A stretch of 64,000 bases of DNA from Gnetum montanum (Eukaryota; Plantae; Gnetophyta), in assembly GCA_015680685.1 (NCBI GenBank), contig MNCI01002249.1:233947-297946 (forward strand), read 5' to 3'. Of this stretch, positions 63,915 to 64,000 are shown piece after piece. Under the pieces are notes generated by a model. It was given only the letters and a program-made list of their open reading frames with translations. It had not been told where the DNA came from and searched no databases. Both the position numbers and the translations under genes were made by a program. Position 1 is the first letter of the stretch; every line of letters starts with the position of its first letter.

Positions 63915-64000
63915 TGATGAGTGGCGAGGTACCCCTACACTCAACCATACGAAACGAGCGTAGCACGCGCGATCTGGTCGAACTCCACAGACTAAATGCC
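63915..64000 (-). repeat. Third LTR of the same family, running off the window
   Basis: tgatgagtggcgaggtacccctacactcaaccatacgaaacgagcg matches 503-548. Confidence 0.8.

Overview
Land-plant nuclear DNA, mostly decayed and nested retrotransposons. Two genes look intact: a tRNA-Leu(CAG) gene (39377-39457, -) and a 5-exon oligopeptide transporter gene (OPT family, 57504-62587, +, 731 aa by my splicing). Elements from left to right: an Athila-like Ty3/gypsy (503-13318, -) whose RNase H is split by a 3.5-kb TG...CA solo-LTR-like insertion with an exact GATTC target duplication; a GC-rich L1-type LINE with an extra ORF after ORF2; a non-autonomous Tat/Ogre-like element (18075-28336, -) with motif-plus-variable-spacer arrays and a second PBS outside its 3' LTR; an AT-rich LINE split by a solo LTR; an orphan class III peroxidase exon; a Tekay-like chromovirus carrying a nested 3.3-kb LTR element; and a triple LTR-in-LTR nest at the right end. 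The strongest novelty candidate is the 3.5-kb insertion. Its U3 half is a mosaic of host gene pieces: a sucrose-phosphate synthase fragment, an unidentified exon-like stretch and a telo-box gene 5' end. All calls were made by eye without database searches, and boundaries of decayed elements are approximate.
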